Source: the human T2T-CHM13v2.0 reference genome, Homo sapiens. Taken from it: a stretch of DNA of 64,000 nucleotides. Below, piece by piece: positions 18,552 through 31,900 of the stretch. The position numbers were made by a program, and so were the translations under genes. The notes beneath the pieces were generated by a model. It did not search any database and was not told where the DNA came from. It saw only the letters and a program-made list of their open reading frames with translations. The stretch is from NCBI RefSeq assembly GCF_009914755.1, contig NC_060935.1. One strand, written 5' to 3'. The stretch's first letter is position 1; each line of letters opens with the position of its first letter.

Positions 18552-18624
18552 CTCCCAGCGCAGGCGCCACCGTGGTCCCACGAAACTGGGTCTCTTCACA
18601 GACAGACCCACAGTTCGCGAGCAT
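18552..18624 (-). CDS. CCDC90B: Candidate alternative first coding exon of CCDC90B (MLANCGSVCEETQFRGTTVAPALG)
   Basis: gccATG at 18624; GAG|gtgagc donor after 73 nt = phase 1, in frame with exon 2. Confidence 0.6.
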
Positions 18625-18719
18625 GGCTCAGCGCTGCCCCGCTTCTCCCAGCGCCCCTTCCCGACCTTTGAACGCCTTCACCGCCCTAGGAAAGCGAGAT
18701 CTTGTCAGAGAACCTTCCG

Positions 18720-18999
18720 GCGCCTGTTTCCTGGCAGTGGGGCATAGTCCAACAGCTGGCTCCCCCAAGATAGCCAGCGGCCATTACGCGCTTGGGTCGG
18801 GGGAGATGGAGTCGCATTTAGCCGCACAGCAGCCTGGAACCTGAAGTTTTCGGCCGCTGAGCGTTCTGGGTGATTGCGTAGTGCGAGGGCCAACGAAACC
18901 TTCTGGGAAGTGTAGTCCAGCAAGCCGCTCACTTTTCGTGAGGCGTCACATCCTGCTGCTTCACCCTCTGGTGCACGGGAGGACCAACTATTTCAGTCG
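18720..18999 (+). ncRNA. CCDC90B-AS1: Probable first exon of the divergent lncRNA (start approximate)
   Basis: Plus-strand donor TCG|gtatgt at 18999/19000 at the edge of the CpG island; name from recalled locus annotation, not provable from sequence. Confidence 0.45.
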
Positions 19000-19418
19000 G
19001 TATGTCCTTTCTTTAGGGAAGCCGAATTCCTCCGTTTCTAGGAGAAATTCCTTGAATTTTCACCATTTATCCTTCTCAGACCTCAGTTACTCAAGACTGC
19101 TCCGCATAGTAAAATGCTGAAAGCAACAATGCACAGTAGTTGTATTAAAATGCACTAATACTCATGAATATTCTCTGTAAGTTGTAAAATGGCACACAGT
19201 TGTGCGGTGTTAGTGGCTTACTCTCTCAAGATTCTAAACAATTACGGCTAGGTTTCTATCTATATGTATTCAAAGCTTTGTGAGAGTCAACTAAGTAACA
19301 AACACCATTTCTAAGGCCCGAAGCACATTGAAAGAACAAAACTTGATTCCCGCCAACAACTGCTTTAACAGACAATTCATGAAGAGGAAATATAAATTGC
19401 TATTTAAAACACTGGGAT

Positions 19419-19715
<297 letters not shown>

Positions 19716-19769
19716 TTGGGAAAAAAGTTTGATCTTACCAGTTTCAAAATACAAAACGCAAAACCTTAG

Positions 19770-22112
19770 GGTATATCGAGGTTAGGGGTCCCAATGATCC
19801 CAACAGGATGTAAGCATAGTACTCAACAGGTGCTTTTTCAACCCATGCCCCTCTGTCCGTCTCCCCCTTTCCTCATCTAATGATCCTCAATGCCTGTTGT
19901 TTCCACGTTTACCATCATATATTCAATGTTTAGCTCCTACTTATAAGTGAGAACATGTGTATTTGGTTTTCTGTTCTTGGCATTAGGTTGCATAGGATAA
20001 TGGCTCCAGTTCCATCCATGTTGCTACAAAGAGTATAATTTCCTTATTTTTATGGCTGCATTATATTCCATGGTGTATATGTACCACATTTTCTTTATCC
20101 AGTCCACTGTTGATGGGCACTTAGGTTGATTTCATGTCCTTGCTATCGTGAATGGCACTACAATGAACATACGGTTGCATGTGTCTTTTTTTTTTTTTTT
20201 TTTTTTTTTTGTCTTGAGGCAGGGTTTTGCTGCGTCACTCAGGGTGGAGTGCAGTCGTGCATGGCTCACTGCAGCCTCAACTTCCTGGGCTTAACTGATC
20301 CTCCTGCCTCAGGCTTCCAAGTAGCTGTGACTACAGGTGTGCACTACCACAACTGGCTAATTTTTGCATGTTTTGTAGAGATGGGGTCTTGCCATGTTGC
20401 CCAGGCTGGTCCAGAACTCCTGGGCTCAAACTATCCACCCGCCTAGGCCTCCCAAGTGCTGGGATTACAGGCATGAGCTGCGGTGCCCAGCTCTGTGTCT
20501 TTTTGATGGCATGAATTATTTTCCTTTGGGTATATACCCAGTAGTGGGATTGCTGGGTTGAATGGTAGTTGTATTTTAAGTTCTTTGAGAAATCTCCAAA
20601 CTGCTTTCCATAGTGGCTGAACTAGTTTGCATTCCCATCAACAGAGTATAAGCATTCCCTTTTCTTCACAGCCTAACCAATATGTGAATTTTTTTTCTTA
20701 ATAATTGCCATTCTGATGGGTGTGAGATGGCATCTCATTGTAGTTTTGATTTGCATTTCTCTAATGATCAGTGGTGTTGAGGATTTTTTCATGTTTGTTG
20801 GCTATTTGTATGTCTTCTTTTGAGAAGTGTGTGTTCATGTCCTTTGCTCATTTTTTAATTGGATTGTTTTATACTTCTTGGTTTGTTTAAATTCCTTATA
20901 GATTCTGGATGTTAGACCTTTGTCAGATGCATAGTTTGCAAATATTTTCTCCTTCCCATTCTTAGGCTATCTGTTTACTCTGTTGGTAATTTCTTTTGCT
21001 GTGCAGAAGCTCTTTAATTAGGTCCCACTTGTCAGTTTTTATTTTTGTTGTAATTGCTGTTGGGGACTTAGCTATAAATTCTTTTCCAAAGCCTGTGTCA
21101 AGAAGGGTATTTCCTAGTTTTTTTTCTAGAGTTTTTATAGTTTGAGGGCTTACTTTTAAATCTTTAATCCAGCTTGTGGTAATTTTTGTATATGGTGAGA
21201 GGTAGGGGGGTCCAGTTTCATTCTTCTGCATATGGCTAGCCAGTTATCCCACCACCATTTACTGAATAGGGAATGCTATCCGTGTTGCTTATTTTTGTTG
21301 ATTTTGTTGAAGACCAGATGGTTTTAGGTGTGTGGCTTTATTTCTGGGTTCTCTATTCTGTTCTACTGGTCTATGTGTCTGTTTTTGTAACACTACCATG
21401 CTGTTTTGATTAGTTTAGCCTTATAGTATTGTTTGAAGTCTTGCTTTGTTCTTTTTGCTTAAGATTGCTTTGACTATTCAGGCTCTTTTTTGGTTCCAAA
21501 TTAATTTTAGAAGAGGTTTTTCTAGTTCTGTGAAAAATGATGTTGGTATTTTGATAAGGATAGCGTTAAATCTGTAATTTGTTTTGGATAGTATGGCCAT
21601 TTTAACTGTATTGATTCTTCCAACCCATGAGCATGGAATATTTCTCCATTTATTTGTGTTGTCTCTGCTTTCTTTCAGTAGTGTTTTGTAGTTCTCCTTG
21701 CAGAGATCTTTCACCTCCCTGGTGAGATGATCCTGAGTATTCCATTTTCTTTGTGCCTATTGTAAATGGGATTGTGTTCTTGATTTGATTCTCAGCTAGA
21801 ACATTATTGGTGTATAAAAATGCTACTGATTTTTTGTACATTGATTGTATATCCTGAAACTTTACTGAATTTGTTTATCAGTTCCAGGGGCCTTTGGGAG
21901 AGTCTTTAGGGTTTTCTAGGTGTAGAATCATATCGTTGGCAAAGAGAGATAGTTTACCTTCCTCTCTTCCTATTTGAATATCTTTATTTATTTCTCTTGC
22001 CTGATTGCCCTGGCTGGGACTTCCAGTACTATGTTGAATAAGGGTGGTGAGAATGGGCATCCTTTTCTTGTTCCAGTTCTCAAGGGGAATGTGTTTCCAG
22101 TTTTGGCCTTTA
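19770..22112 (-). mobile_element. Older L1 (L1PA15/16-L1PB-like) 3' portion, interrupted by AluJ
   Basis: Minus-strand ORF2 fragments ([14 protein letters not shown]...[16 protein letters not shown]; LSLFANDMILHLENP) and an L1 3'UTR. Confidence 0.9.
20186..20491 (-). mobile_element. AluJ inserted in L1
   Basis: Reverse Alu with polyT; TSD tgtgtctttt. Confidence 0.92.
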
Positions 22113-22113
22113 G

Positions 22114-22474
<361 letters not shown>

Positions 22475-23389
22475 TAGAGTTTCACTTCTAAGAAGCTATC
22501 CATAGTAAATAATCACATCTGTAGCTAAGATTTTTGAAAAGGATGACTATTGCAATGTTATTTATAGTAGTGAAAAATTGAAAATAGTCTAAGTATTCAA
22601 AAGTGATTAAATAACTTGCAGAAGTGTCCCAATTTGGAATATTATGCAAGAATTTAGTATTTTTAAAAATAATCTTAGTGACAGGAAAATCCTTATACAT
22701 GTATATACATAATTATAATTCTGTATAATTCTTATATACAGGATTATAATTATAATTATATACATGATTATAATTCTGTTAAATGATAGGATCCCTGCTT
22801 GGGAGGAGCTAACAGGCTAGTGGAAGATACAGACCAGTAAGTGTTATCACAATATTTTACTTAACTTAAGGAATTATTATGAAAAAAGTGGATCTCTTTA
22901 TATATTAATTCATGTTACTATTATTTATATTAACATAAAGCTCTCTCTGTAACACACATATACAGTGTTGATTATGTTCTCTTTGATGGAAGTGGCAATT
23001 AGATCCAGGGATTCTTAATCATTCTCTGAGGCTGGCTGGAACTATATCAAGTGAGTGCAGGAGCTTGGGTCATCCATAATCTACCATGCAGGCCAGAGAA
23101 GCATAGGAAGGAAAAGCAGGAATAGCAGATGAAGTGAGTCCAGATAGTATTCAGCTAATAGATACAGCTCCTCTCTGAGACCTCCTAATGCTCCTGTGTA
23201 TTTTCAGATTCTCCTTGGTTGCTATTGTTTCTTTGTTAAACATCTTAATTTATAAAAATATTTTTCCATAAATTTGTTAATGTTTTCTCATGTTTGTTGA
23301 GAGGAATAGAAAAGATGATGCATCTAAAATACTTAGCACTGGACCTGGCATATACAAGCACCCAATAAACAATAATAATACCTGCTTAC

Positions 23390-23826
23390 TCAGAGTTAGG
23401 AAATAATTTCCATGGGTCTCTCATGTTTCTGTATGTTTTACAAATGGAGGTCTTCTCTGCCTTTTGTTGTGGCAGTTTTGTATAACGAACAACCTTAGGA
23501 AATATAGCATCTCTCTCTGGAGCAAAAGGCCTCATGCTTACTGCCTATTATAAAAGATTTGTGTTCTCATAGGTCAGGGTTCCTCTCTGTAATGCAATGT
23601 ACTGTACGTGCTCAGGCATCTACGTAGCCCCAGCTGCATCATCCCCATGAACTTGGGGCCAAGGGGAGCTGACACAAATATGCCGATACTCGTGCTGCTC
23701 GCTGCACCATCAGTAATTGGGTTCTTTGTTTCTAGCAAGGAGTCTCATATCTTCTACCAGCATCCATGCAACCATGACAGGATAACTTGATAGCCTGCTA
23801 ATAGGGTAAGATCTCGGACCCTTCAC
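23390..23826 (+). mobile_element. Probable solitary ERV LTR (family not assigned)
   Basis: LTR-like text with tataaaa at ~23549, ending gacccttcaca. Confidence 0.45.
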
Positions 23827-26448
23827 AATATTATTCTTCTCTGGACTTTTAAACATTTTTCATTTTTCCAGTTTTACTTACAGAAATATCTGAGTGCCAG
23901 CTAGGTTTAAGGTTAGATGTGAGGAATGTAAAGAAAACCAGTTCAATCCAACAACTATTCAAGTTCTTACTACGTGCAGGGATTTCTGCTAGGATACGCA
24001 AGGATTGCAAAGATTTCTGCTCTCCAGTAATTTGTAATATATTAATAACTGAGAGAATAGAACAAGCATTTTAGTAGCCTTCAACACAGAGCTTTAATAG
24101 GTTAGTGTCATGTAAATGTTAAGAAAATAATAAATCCTATAATTCAGTTGAAGGTTAAATGCTTTTTGATAATGGTTATCAAGAAGAGATAGGATTTGAA
24201 CCTTAGGGGTTTTAGTTAGTAGAGGTTGTAAGGCAAGGGGTCCAGGAGAGAGGATTGGAGTGAGCAAGTACAATTTACTCATCGCTTTGCTCCTTCCTAC
24301 TCAGGGACTTTGCATATGGTAAAGCATCACTACTCAACTTGGAGCTCTTTCTCCTCTTTATCTGGCCAATTCCTTTATATCTTTCAGATTCCAGTTTAAA
24401 TGGTGACTTTTTAGAGTAACTCTTTAAGAAGTCATTCCCACTCAAACAACATGCAGATTTGGTACTTTTGTTATGGACTCATACAGCAACCCAGCCTTCC
24501 CATGTCTCTGCACTTAATATTTGTTTTCTCCATTATGGTAGAGACCATATGTGTCATGGTGTCTCCAGTGCTTATCATGCCTGGGCCATAACAAGCTTTT
24601 GGTAAGTGTGTGTTGAATGAATGAGTGAATGTTCAAAATATGGTCATAGTTTGGTGAGGAAACTTCGTAGACTGGGGCATAGGAATTATATGAAGATTGG
24701 GTGGAATTGGGGTGAACAAAATGAAAAAGGTAGAATAAAAAAGACTAAGGAAATTGAATTTCATACAGTGGACTTGCAGGAGATATTGAAATTTTTTGAG
24801 CTAAAATAGATAAAAATCAGTTTGAATTTCTTTCTAGAAAATAACTATTTGCCATTTGCTAGTGTAGGCAAATGAATCCTTTCCTCTTCCAATGTCTGAT
24901 GAGATGGCCTGGACATGAGAAATGCTCCCCTGCTGAAAGCAGCCTAGTTTATCTAAATCTCAAAGGCCAACAGGGTAGCAGGGAAGTGGGTCCTGGTTTT
25001 TTTCATTGCAAATAACCACTTTTTTTTTTTTACCTTTATAAGCTCCCATTTAAAACACAGCTTACACTCTTTACCAACAACATGTATGAAGCCACTACTT
25101 ATTTTCCTATTTTCCATTAATTCAAGATAAGTTACTGTTGGTGAGTGGGAGATAAGCAGTGCTGATTTAACAGTAAGCTGATAAATTTACAGGGGAAGGC
25201 GAAGATACTTGCCAATTTCTTCAGTGGTTTCCAATTTCATCTCCAGCAATGATACAATTTTTTGAGGCATTTTAATATGTCCAAATCCTCTTGAGGACCC
25301 CATTGCTCCAGTACTCTTTCCTCTGATGTTTAGAGGTCTGGGGTCCCAGCTTGGGCACAATTGTATCAGATGACCAGAGATCACCCAGGACTACGACTAT
25401 AGCTCTGGTGACTTCACGGAGAGAGAATGCAGCCTGGACCACTCACGTGTGTCAGTCATTTTCTCTTGGAATAGGTGATGTGAAGGAATCTCGATGTGTT
25501 TTAAAGCCTGTGAATGAGGCATTGAGAAAGAGAGAGCTCTGGACCAAATGGGTTTCATTTTCTTCCTTAGCTTACTTGGAGCTCTTGCCACTAGGGGGAG
25601 GATGTGAAAAGAACCAAGGACAATTCTTTGCTTCTTTGCTCTCATCTCTGAAGCTGAGTCAGAGGGCCCATTGTCACAAAAGCTTTGTGTAGCTTTATGT
25701 TAATTTCACATTTTGCATGGCTGGAAAGTGACTATCAGCCCGTATTCCCTGAAAATCTGGGGAAATTTTTTTTTTCCTAATTATACAGGGAGGCTGGCAA
25801 TGACACCCGATTCCGAGTTTGCCCATTAAAATAAATCAAAGAAAAGAATGATTAAAAGAATGGTAGAAAAGAAGAAGAAAGAGCTGTCAAAACATTATAT
25901 ACTTTGCAATGTTACATCATAACCTGGTGTCTCTCATCGATTACTCATTTTTTCTTTGAATGACTATTGAACACTATTTATGGTGCCAGGCACTGTGCTA
26001 AGCCATGAAGATATAAACATAAAACACAGTCCTGCTCTCAGATTGTCAACAGTCTATTGTAATAAATATTATGATGAAGGGTAGTATAGGCTGCCAAGGG
26101 AATGCATAAGAGAGGCTTATATTACCCTAAGCAGGGATCCGTCGGAAGGCATTAGTTTGAAAGGATGTGTGAAAGACAGTTTGGTTAAATGGATTTGGTG
26201 AATGGTGGTGTGGAGTACGTTGTGTGGAAAAGGCAACAGCACTTGCAAAAGCCGGGAAGTGTGTGTGAGAGAGCCTGGTTCATTTGGGAATGGAGAGAAT
26301 GGCTGGAGCAATGGGTTAAGGGTAGGGAAATTCAGAAGGTGAGGTTGGAAAAGGTGAGGCTGGCCTTCAAGGTCTTTTTTACTTTATCCATGAGTAAGAG
26401 GAATCACTGAAGGGCATTAGGCTAGGGAGTAGCTTTGAAAAGAAAGGT

Positions 26449-26807
<359 letters not shown>

Positions 26808-28344
26808 TCAAGGCTGTGTATTTCACCTAGATTCCCTGTCCTAGGTACTGATCTGGAAAACCCTAGACATCTGCCCCTTTCCTGGTCAGAGAAGACCCCT
26901 GGCCTGGCAGAGCCTACAGCTCCAGCCTCAAGGTACCTGATTGGAGAAGTCCTCCTCATTGTATGACTTGGCTGCCTTGGACCTCACTGGGAAAGACTAG
27001 GGAAATAGGATTTTGGGGTCTTGACTTTGGAATTCATTTTCCGCACTGGGGTATAGCAGAGCTGAAAAATCTCACTAAACTCTCAGCATGGTCTGTATCC
27101 TTCCTGTCTCCAACAACAAGGTGGGGCATTCTTCCTCAAAAATTCTTCACATGTAGGTGTTGCCTCATCTCTTATCTCACACACATGAGCTCATTTGAGC
27201 TCTTTGGCAACTCCGTGAGCTGGGTACCATTGCTCCTGTTTCATAGATGGGAAAACAGGTTCAGAAGGCTGAAGTGACTTGTCCCAGGTCACAGAGCAAG
27301 TACGTGGTAGAACTCATAATCGATTGTGCTGCACACTGCATAGATAAGTCACCCCTGTTCCTTCCACCAATTTATTTTAACTGGATACATGGCACAAATT
27401 GTGAAATTATGTGTACTCTTAGGGACACATCATCCCTCATCCTCCAAGAAACTGTTAGTACAGAAGTGACAAATGGGTTTCATCTTCATGCCAATACCCT
27501 TCAATTGACCGTGGCTGCTTAGAACAAAGTGATGAGTGTTGTGAGGCCATATCTTGGTGCAGCAGTAAAGAATACATGATTGATTGGTAGTATCTGATAT
27601 GAATGCAGGAGAGAAAGGGGGCAGCACATATGCCATTTCTAGATTATATATTCCCCTTAGGCTGCCATAATCCTGCACTGGCCATGACATTTCCACTGAC
27701 TCCCACCTTCATCCCAACACCCATTTTGCTCATTTTCTCTTATTCCTTCCCTTCCTTGCTGAAATTGTTCCCACCCATTTAACAATAGCTTCAACTTACT
27801 GAGGGTTTAGTGGGTACCAGGCACTTTGCGTATATTATTTCTAATTCTCCAACAATCATGTAAGGTAGGTAGAGACAAAAACAAGACTTAGAGGGGTTAA
27901 GTAGCTTGTTCAGGGACATACAACAAGCTGGAATTTCAACCCTGAAGCACATGGAAAACTTTGCATTTTTATAATGGGTAATGAAAACCTTCATATTCAC
28001 TGTTTGCTTTGAGCCTCACAACAGCCACGGGAGGTAGTTTTCTGGGTTTGCAACTGAGGGAGCTTGAGGCTCAGGGGAGAGGCGCTGATTATTTAGTGAC
28101 ATAGTCACAGCTCCTGACTCCTACCTCAGGCCTTTTCCTGCTACTACCTTAGGCTCTGGGGAAGAGCCCTTGACTCCACAAAGCTATCTCTTAAGAACTG
28201 ATCTATACTACTGTGGGGAGAATTTGGGGGCCCTTCATTGATTTTACTCCTGCCAGCCTTACCCTGTTTTCAGCTCTTATCATCAAGAAGGTCTTTCTTT
28301 TATTGTTAGCTCTTTGTGTAATTTAGGTCATTTCTTTAAAAAAA

Positions 28345-28905
28345 TTTGTTGAGAAATTCACGTCACATAAAATTAACCATTTAAACGTGAACAACTCAGT
28401 AGCATTTAGTACACTTACAATGTTGTGCAACTACCACCTCTATCTAGTTCCAAAATATTTCCATCACTCCAAAGTAAAATTCCTGACCTATTTAGCAGGT
28501 TTTACCCCTTCCCCACTCCTCTCAGCCCCTGACTAACACCGATCTGTGTTCTGTCTCTATGGATTCATCTATTCTGGATGTATCACGTAAATTGAATCAT
28601 ACATGTGACCTTTTGTATATGGCTTTTTTCATTTAGCAAAATATCTTGGAAGTTCATTGTGTTGCAGCATGCATCAGTACTTCATTCCTTTTCATGGCCA
28701 GTATTCTATTGCACACAATCAGTACCATGATTTGTTTATCCATCCATTCGCTGATAGACATTTGGGGTCTTTTTACTTTATGGCTATTATGAATAATGCT
28801 GCTATGAGCATGTGCATACATGTACTTGTCTGAATATATTTTTTCAGTTCTTCTAGTATCTATGTAGGCGTGAAATTGCAGGGTCATGTGGTAATTTTAC
28901 ATTTA
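28345..28905 (-). mobile_element. L1MB-type 3' end
   Basis: aaattcac..cataaaattaaccattt...gcatttagtacacttacaatgttgtgcaac...catccattc..tgatagacatttggg. Confidence 0.8.
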
Positions 28906-31900
28906 AAAGGCCCACTTCTGTTTGTTTGATCTTACTGGATGTAGATGTACATGTTGATCATGAAGAAAGCCAGCCTTTTCTGAGCTATATAATTTTGACA
29001 TCTGGCTTTATTTGGGAAACTTTTAAACCAGGGTTACCCATTACAGTTACAGTTTCCCTGAGGGAAACCCTAAAATAGGCATTTAAAGAAATAGTAGTTC
29101 TTTCTTATCACATCCATCCTATGTGCCAAGGAGAGTGCTAAGCACTCTTTGGACATGAGTTTTAGTCCCCAGAACAACATTGCCTAATGGTAATTATTAT
29201 ACCCCTTTTACAGATAAAGAAGCTGAAGTCTAAAATGGTTAGAGAGCTTGTTCAGTGCCATGTAGCTTCTAGTGGTGGGATTTGAAGCTTTGGATGTCTG
29301 ACCCCAAAGAACATCTTTCTGCTACACCAAGCAGTCTTCCTCAAGAACTTTCTAGGCTGCTGCTGTCAGCTATGTTGTTGACCTTTTATGAGAAATTACT
29401 AGCCAGCTTTTGCTGTGAGATTTTTTGCAATAAAAGCATAGCATTTATCAGGATCACTTTGATTGGTAAATGCAGAAATCATAAAAGGGGAATATAAAAT
29501 AATAACTGTATAGGGATAGTTCAGGAAATCCAAAGGCAGTAATGCATGAAGGTCTCAGAAAGGATTGGAAGTGGAGCTTGGAAAGTTTCTAAGAACCAGG
29601 GAATTTTCTATCTCCATCTCTTACCCACGCTTCTCTCCGTGTCTGCTGCCTTATTTCTCTACATTGATTGGTTTTCTCTGATATCTAGTGCATGGGATAG
29701 AAAATGGTATGCCACAGTGTCTGCATTTATATCTCCCCTGTTCAAGGGAGTAGCCAGCTGAGTCTGGCATCACTTAGTTCCAATTTCAAGTTGCCAGGGA
29801 AGGGACTTCTATTGGCTCCACTTAGATTGGTCACTGAACCTTTGACTGAAGACTATGGCTACATAGCAGGTCCACATTATACATTCGTGCTAAGACCATT
29901 TGGAGGGAAATGGATTGATAATCCTTTGCAAAATAGGTGAACATTCATTGGTGGAAGACCCAGAGATGACAAAGCGTATCCTCTCCAGCTTTCACGAGAA
30001 CATCTGTGAACCAGACATGAGAGAATTTGAAATGGAGAAACTGCAATACTCTAAGCTGTTATAGGCAGAGAGGGATGTCTGTGAAACATTGGAAGTAGCC
30101 TGTATAGTAGAGGACCTCTGGATAGTGTAGGAAACTTCTAAAGGTGGTACTTGCATCTGGAAGTGGTGTTCTTCTCTCTAGAAGGAGACACATGCAACAC
30201 TGTTCAGCTCCAGAGCAGCTGCAGAGATGCCAGCAGGACTGTGAACCTCTTTTAACATTTTATGGTCATTTGCATTGGTATATTAGGAATAACAGCCACT
30301 AGACCCATTAGAATATTGAGGTAGTAACCCAATTCACACTTAAGGTATGAACTTGGAACTGCTACAAACAGACAGACTAAAAATTCTCAAACTCTCAAAA
30401 CTGGAAGGTGGCCATTAAAGGCAGATGTGTAGAATGTGGGCCCTCTGAGGCCTAGAGAAGGATTGTAATGCAGAATCAGGATGACAAATGGGGACCTTCT
30501 GGACAAGAATGGGGCAGAAATGTGCCTTTAGACATACCTGAAGGTATAGCTAAGGATCAAGGATTTCACCATTCCTGAAGACCCCCTCCTACTCCACTGT
30601 GGTGGTTATAATTGGTTTTATTAATATGTATACTTAAGGTTAAATAATTTGCATAGTAGTGTGTATGGAGGTTATTCCATAGCATGGGCTTGTTTAGTCT
30701 CAACTTTTTTGCAGGCATTATAAGGTTCCAAACTTTGAATTTTACAGATAAGATTGTGTTGTCCAGAATGGGTAGAGCAGATACACAGCTTGCCGTAAAA
30801 AATGCAGTCTGAATATAGCTTTTTTCTGTATTTAGGGCCTTGAGAGAGACACCACTTATGTTGCCACCTTGGTCAAATCGATGCCAAGATGACAGCATGG
30901 TTTTTGACAAGACAGCAGGCTCTTGAGTTGATAGGCATGTGCAAAGAGCCTAATCCTCCTGGCTTAAATTATTGAGACAATTGCCTTAGACAATACCCTT
31001 AAACTTAGCAGCCCAGCCAGTACAAAAGAGAAATGTCCAAATCTTTATCCTTTTGGAAAGGAAGGAACTAGAAGACATTCTCATCTGATTCTGAAATATG
31101 AAGTCTGTGGCCCTAGAACATAAGCAGATTCTTCACAGAAATTTACAACAAGGAGGAGCAAATCTTGGAACCAGTCTTCCCTTTGCCTACCAAATGATCA
31201 AACTGTAATTATCACATTTACGGGCTAATTGTTCCAATTGTAGCAGAATGAGGTGCTCCAGCCCTCTTCTGCAGACACAAATAGAATTGCTATGAAGATG
31301 GAACGATGCTTCAAGAACAGCTTGCTTTGAGCTAGTTCTTTTTATAGTGAATCTAGGGTCAGGGAAAGGTGCTGTGTGGGCACCCCTGAAACTCTTCCCT
31401 CTTCTCTCTGCATGGCCGGACCCTTTGAACACCCACCTGCAGACACAGACACAGACCCCAAGTAGCACCAATTGTGACCCAAGACCTTAGGGCTTAAAGT
31501 TGTTCTTATCAGATCCCTGAACTTGGACAGGAGTTGGTATTTCTCAGATATGCCACAGGGCAGATGATGTGGGGAGTTTGGCTTGAGATGCTTTTACAGG
31601 GCAGGATGAGGACAATAATCCTTCAATAATAGGGTTACCAGGAGAGGAAGAGAGGAAGGAAGGAAGCGAAATATCACATGGTGAGCAACTACTATGTTCT
31701 AGGCACTGTGCAGCGCATTTCCTTATATGTCATTTAATTAGGCATCAGGGTCCCAGGGAATTAAAGCACAGTGGACAGAAATGACAGGGTACAATGTTTG
31801 GGAGTCAGCCAGGTAAGCAGTCTTTATGTGGGTGTGCTGAAGTCCTGACCTTATAGTCTTTGGCTTCTGCCTCTGGAGTAGGAAATAGCAAGGCAGATGC

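Larger units (their letters stand above)
18050..19050. promoter_or_regulatory. CpG-island bidirectional promoter (CCDC90B on minus; probable CCDC90B-AS1 on plus)
   Basis: Sharp rise in CpG/GC content; ZNF143/THAP11-type motifs at 18483-18499, 18510-18531 and 18901-18918; ETS CCGGAAG at ~18714-18720. Confidence 0.88.

Noticed and set aside
18225-18671. 148-aa plus-strand ORF antisense to exon 1
   Set aside because: Non-ATG start, GC-rich CpG-island context and no recognisable domain; expected by chance.
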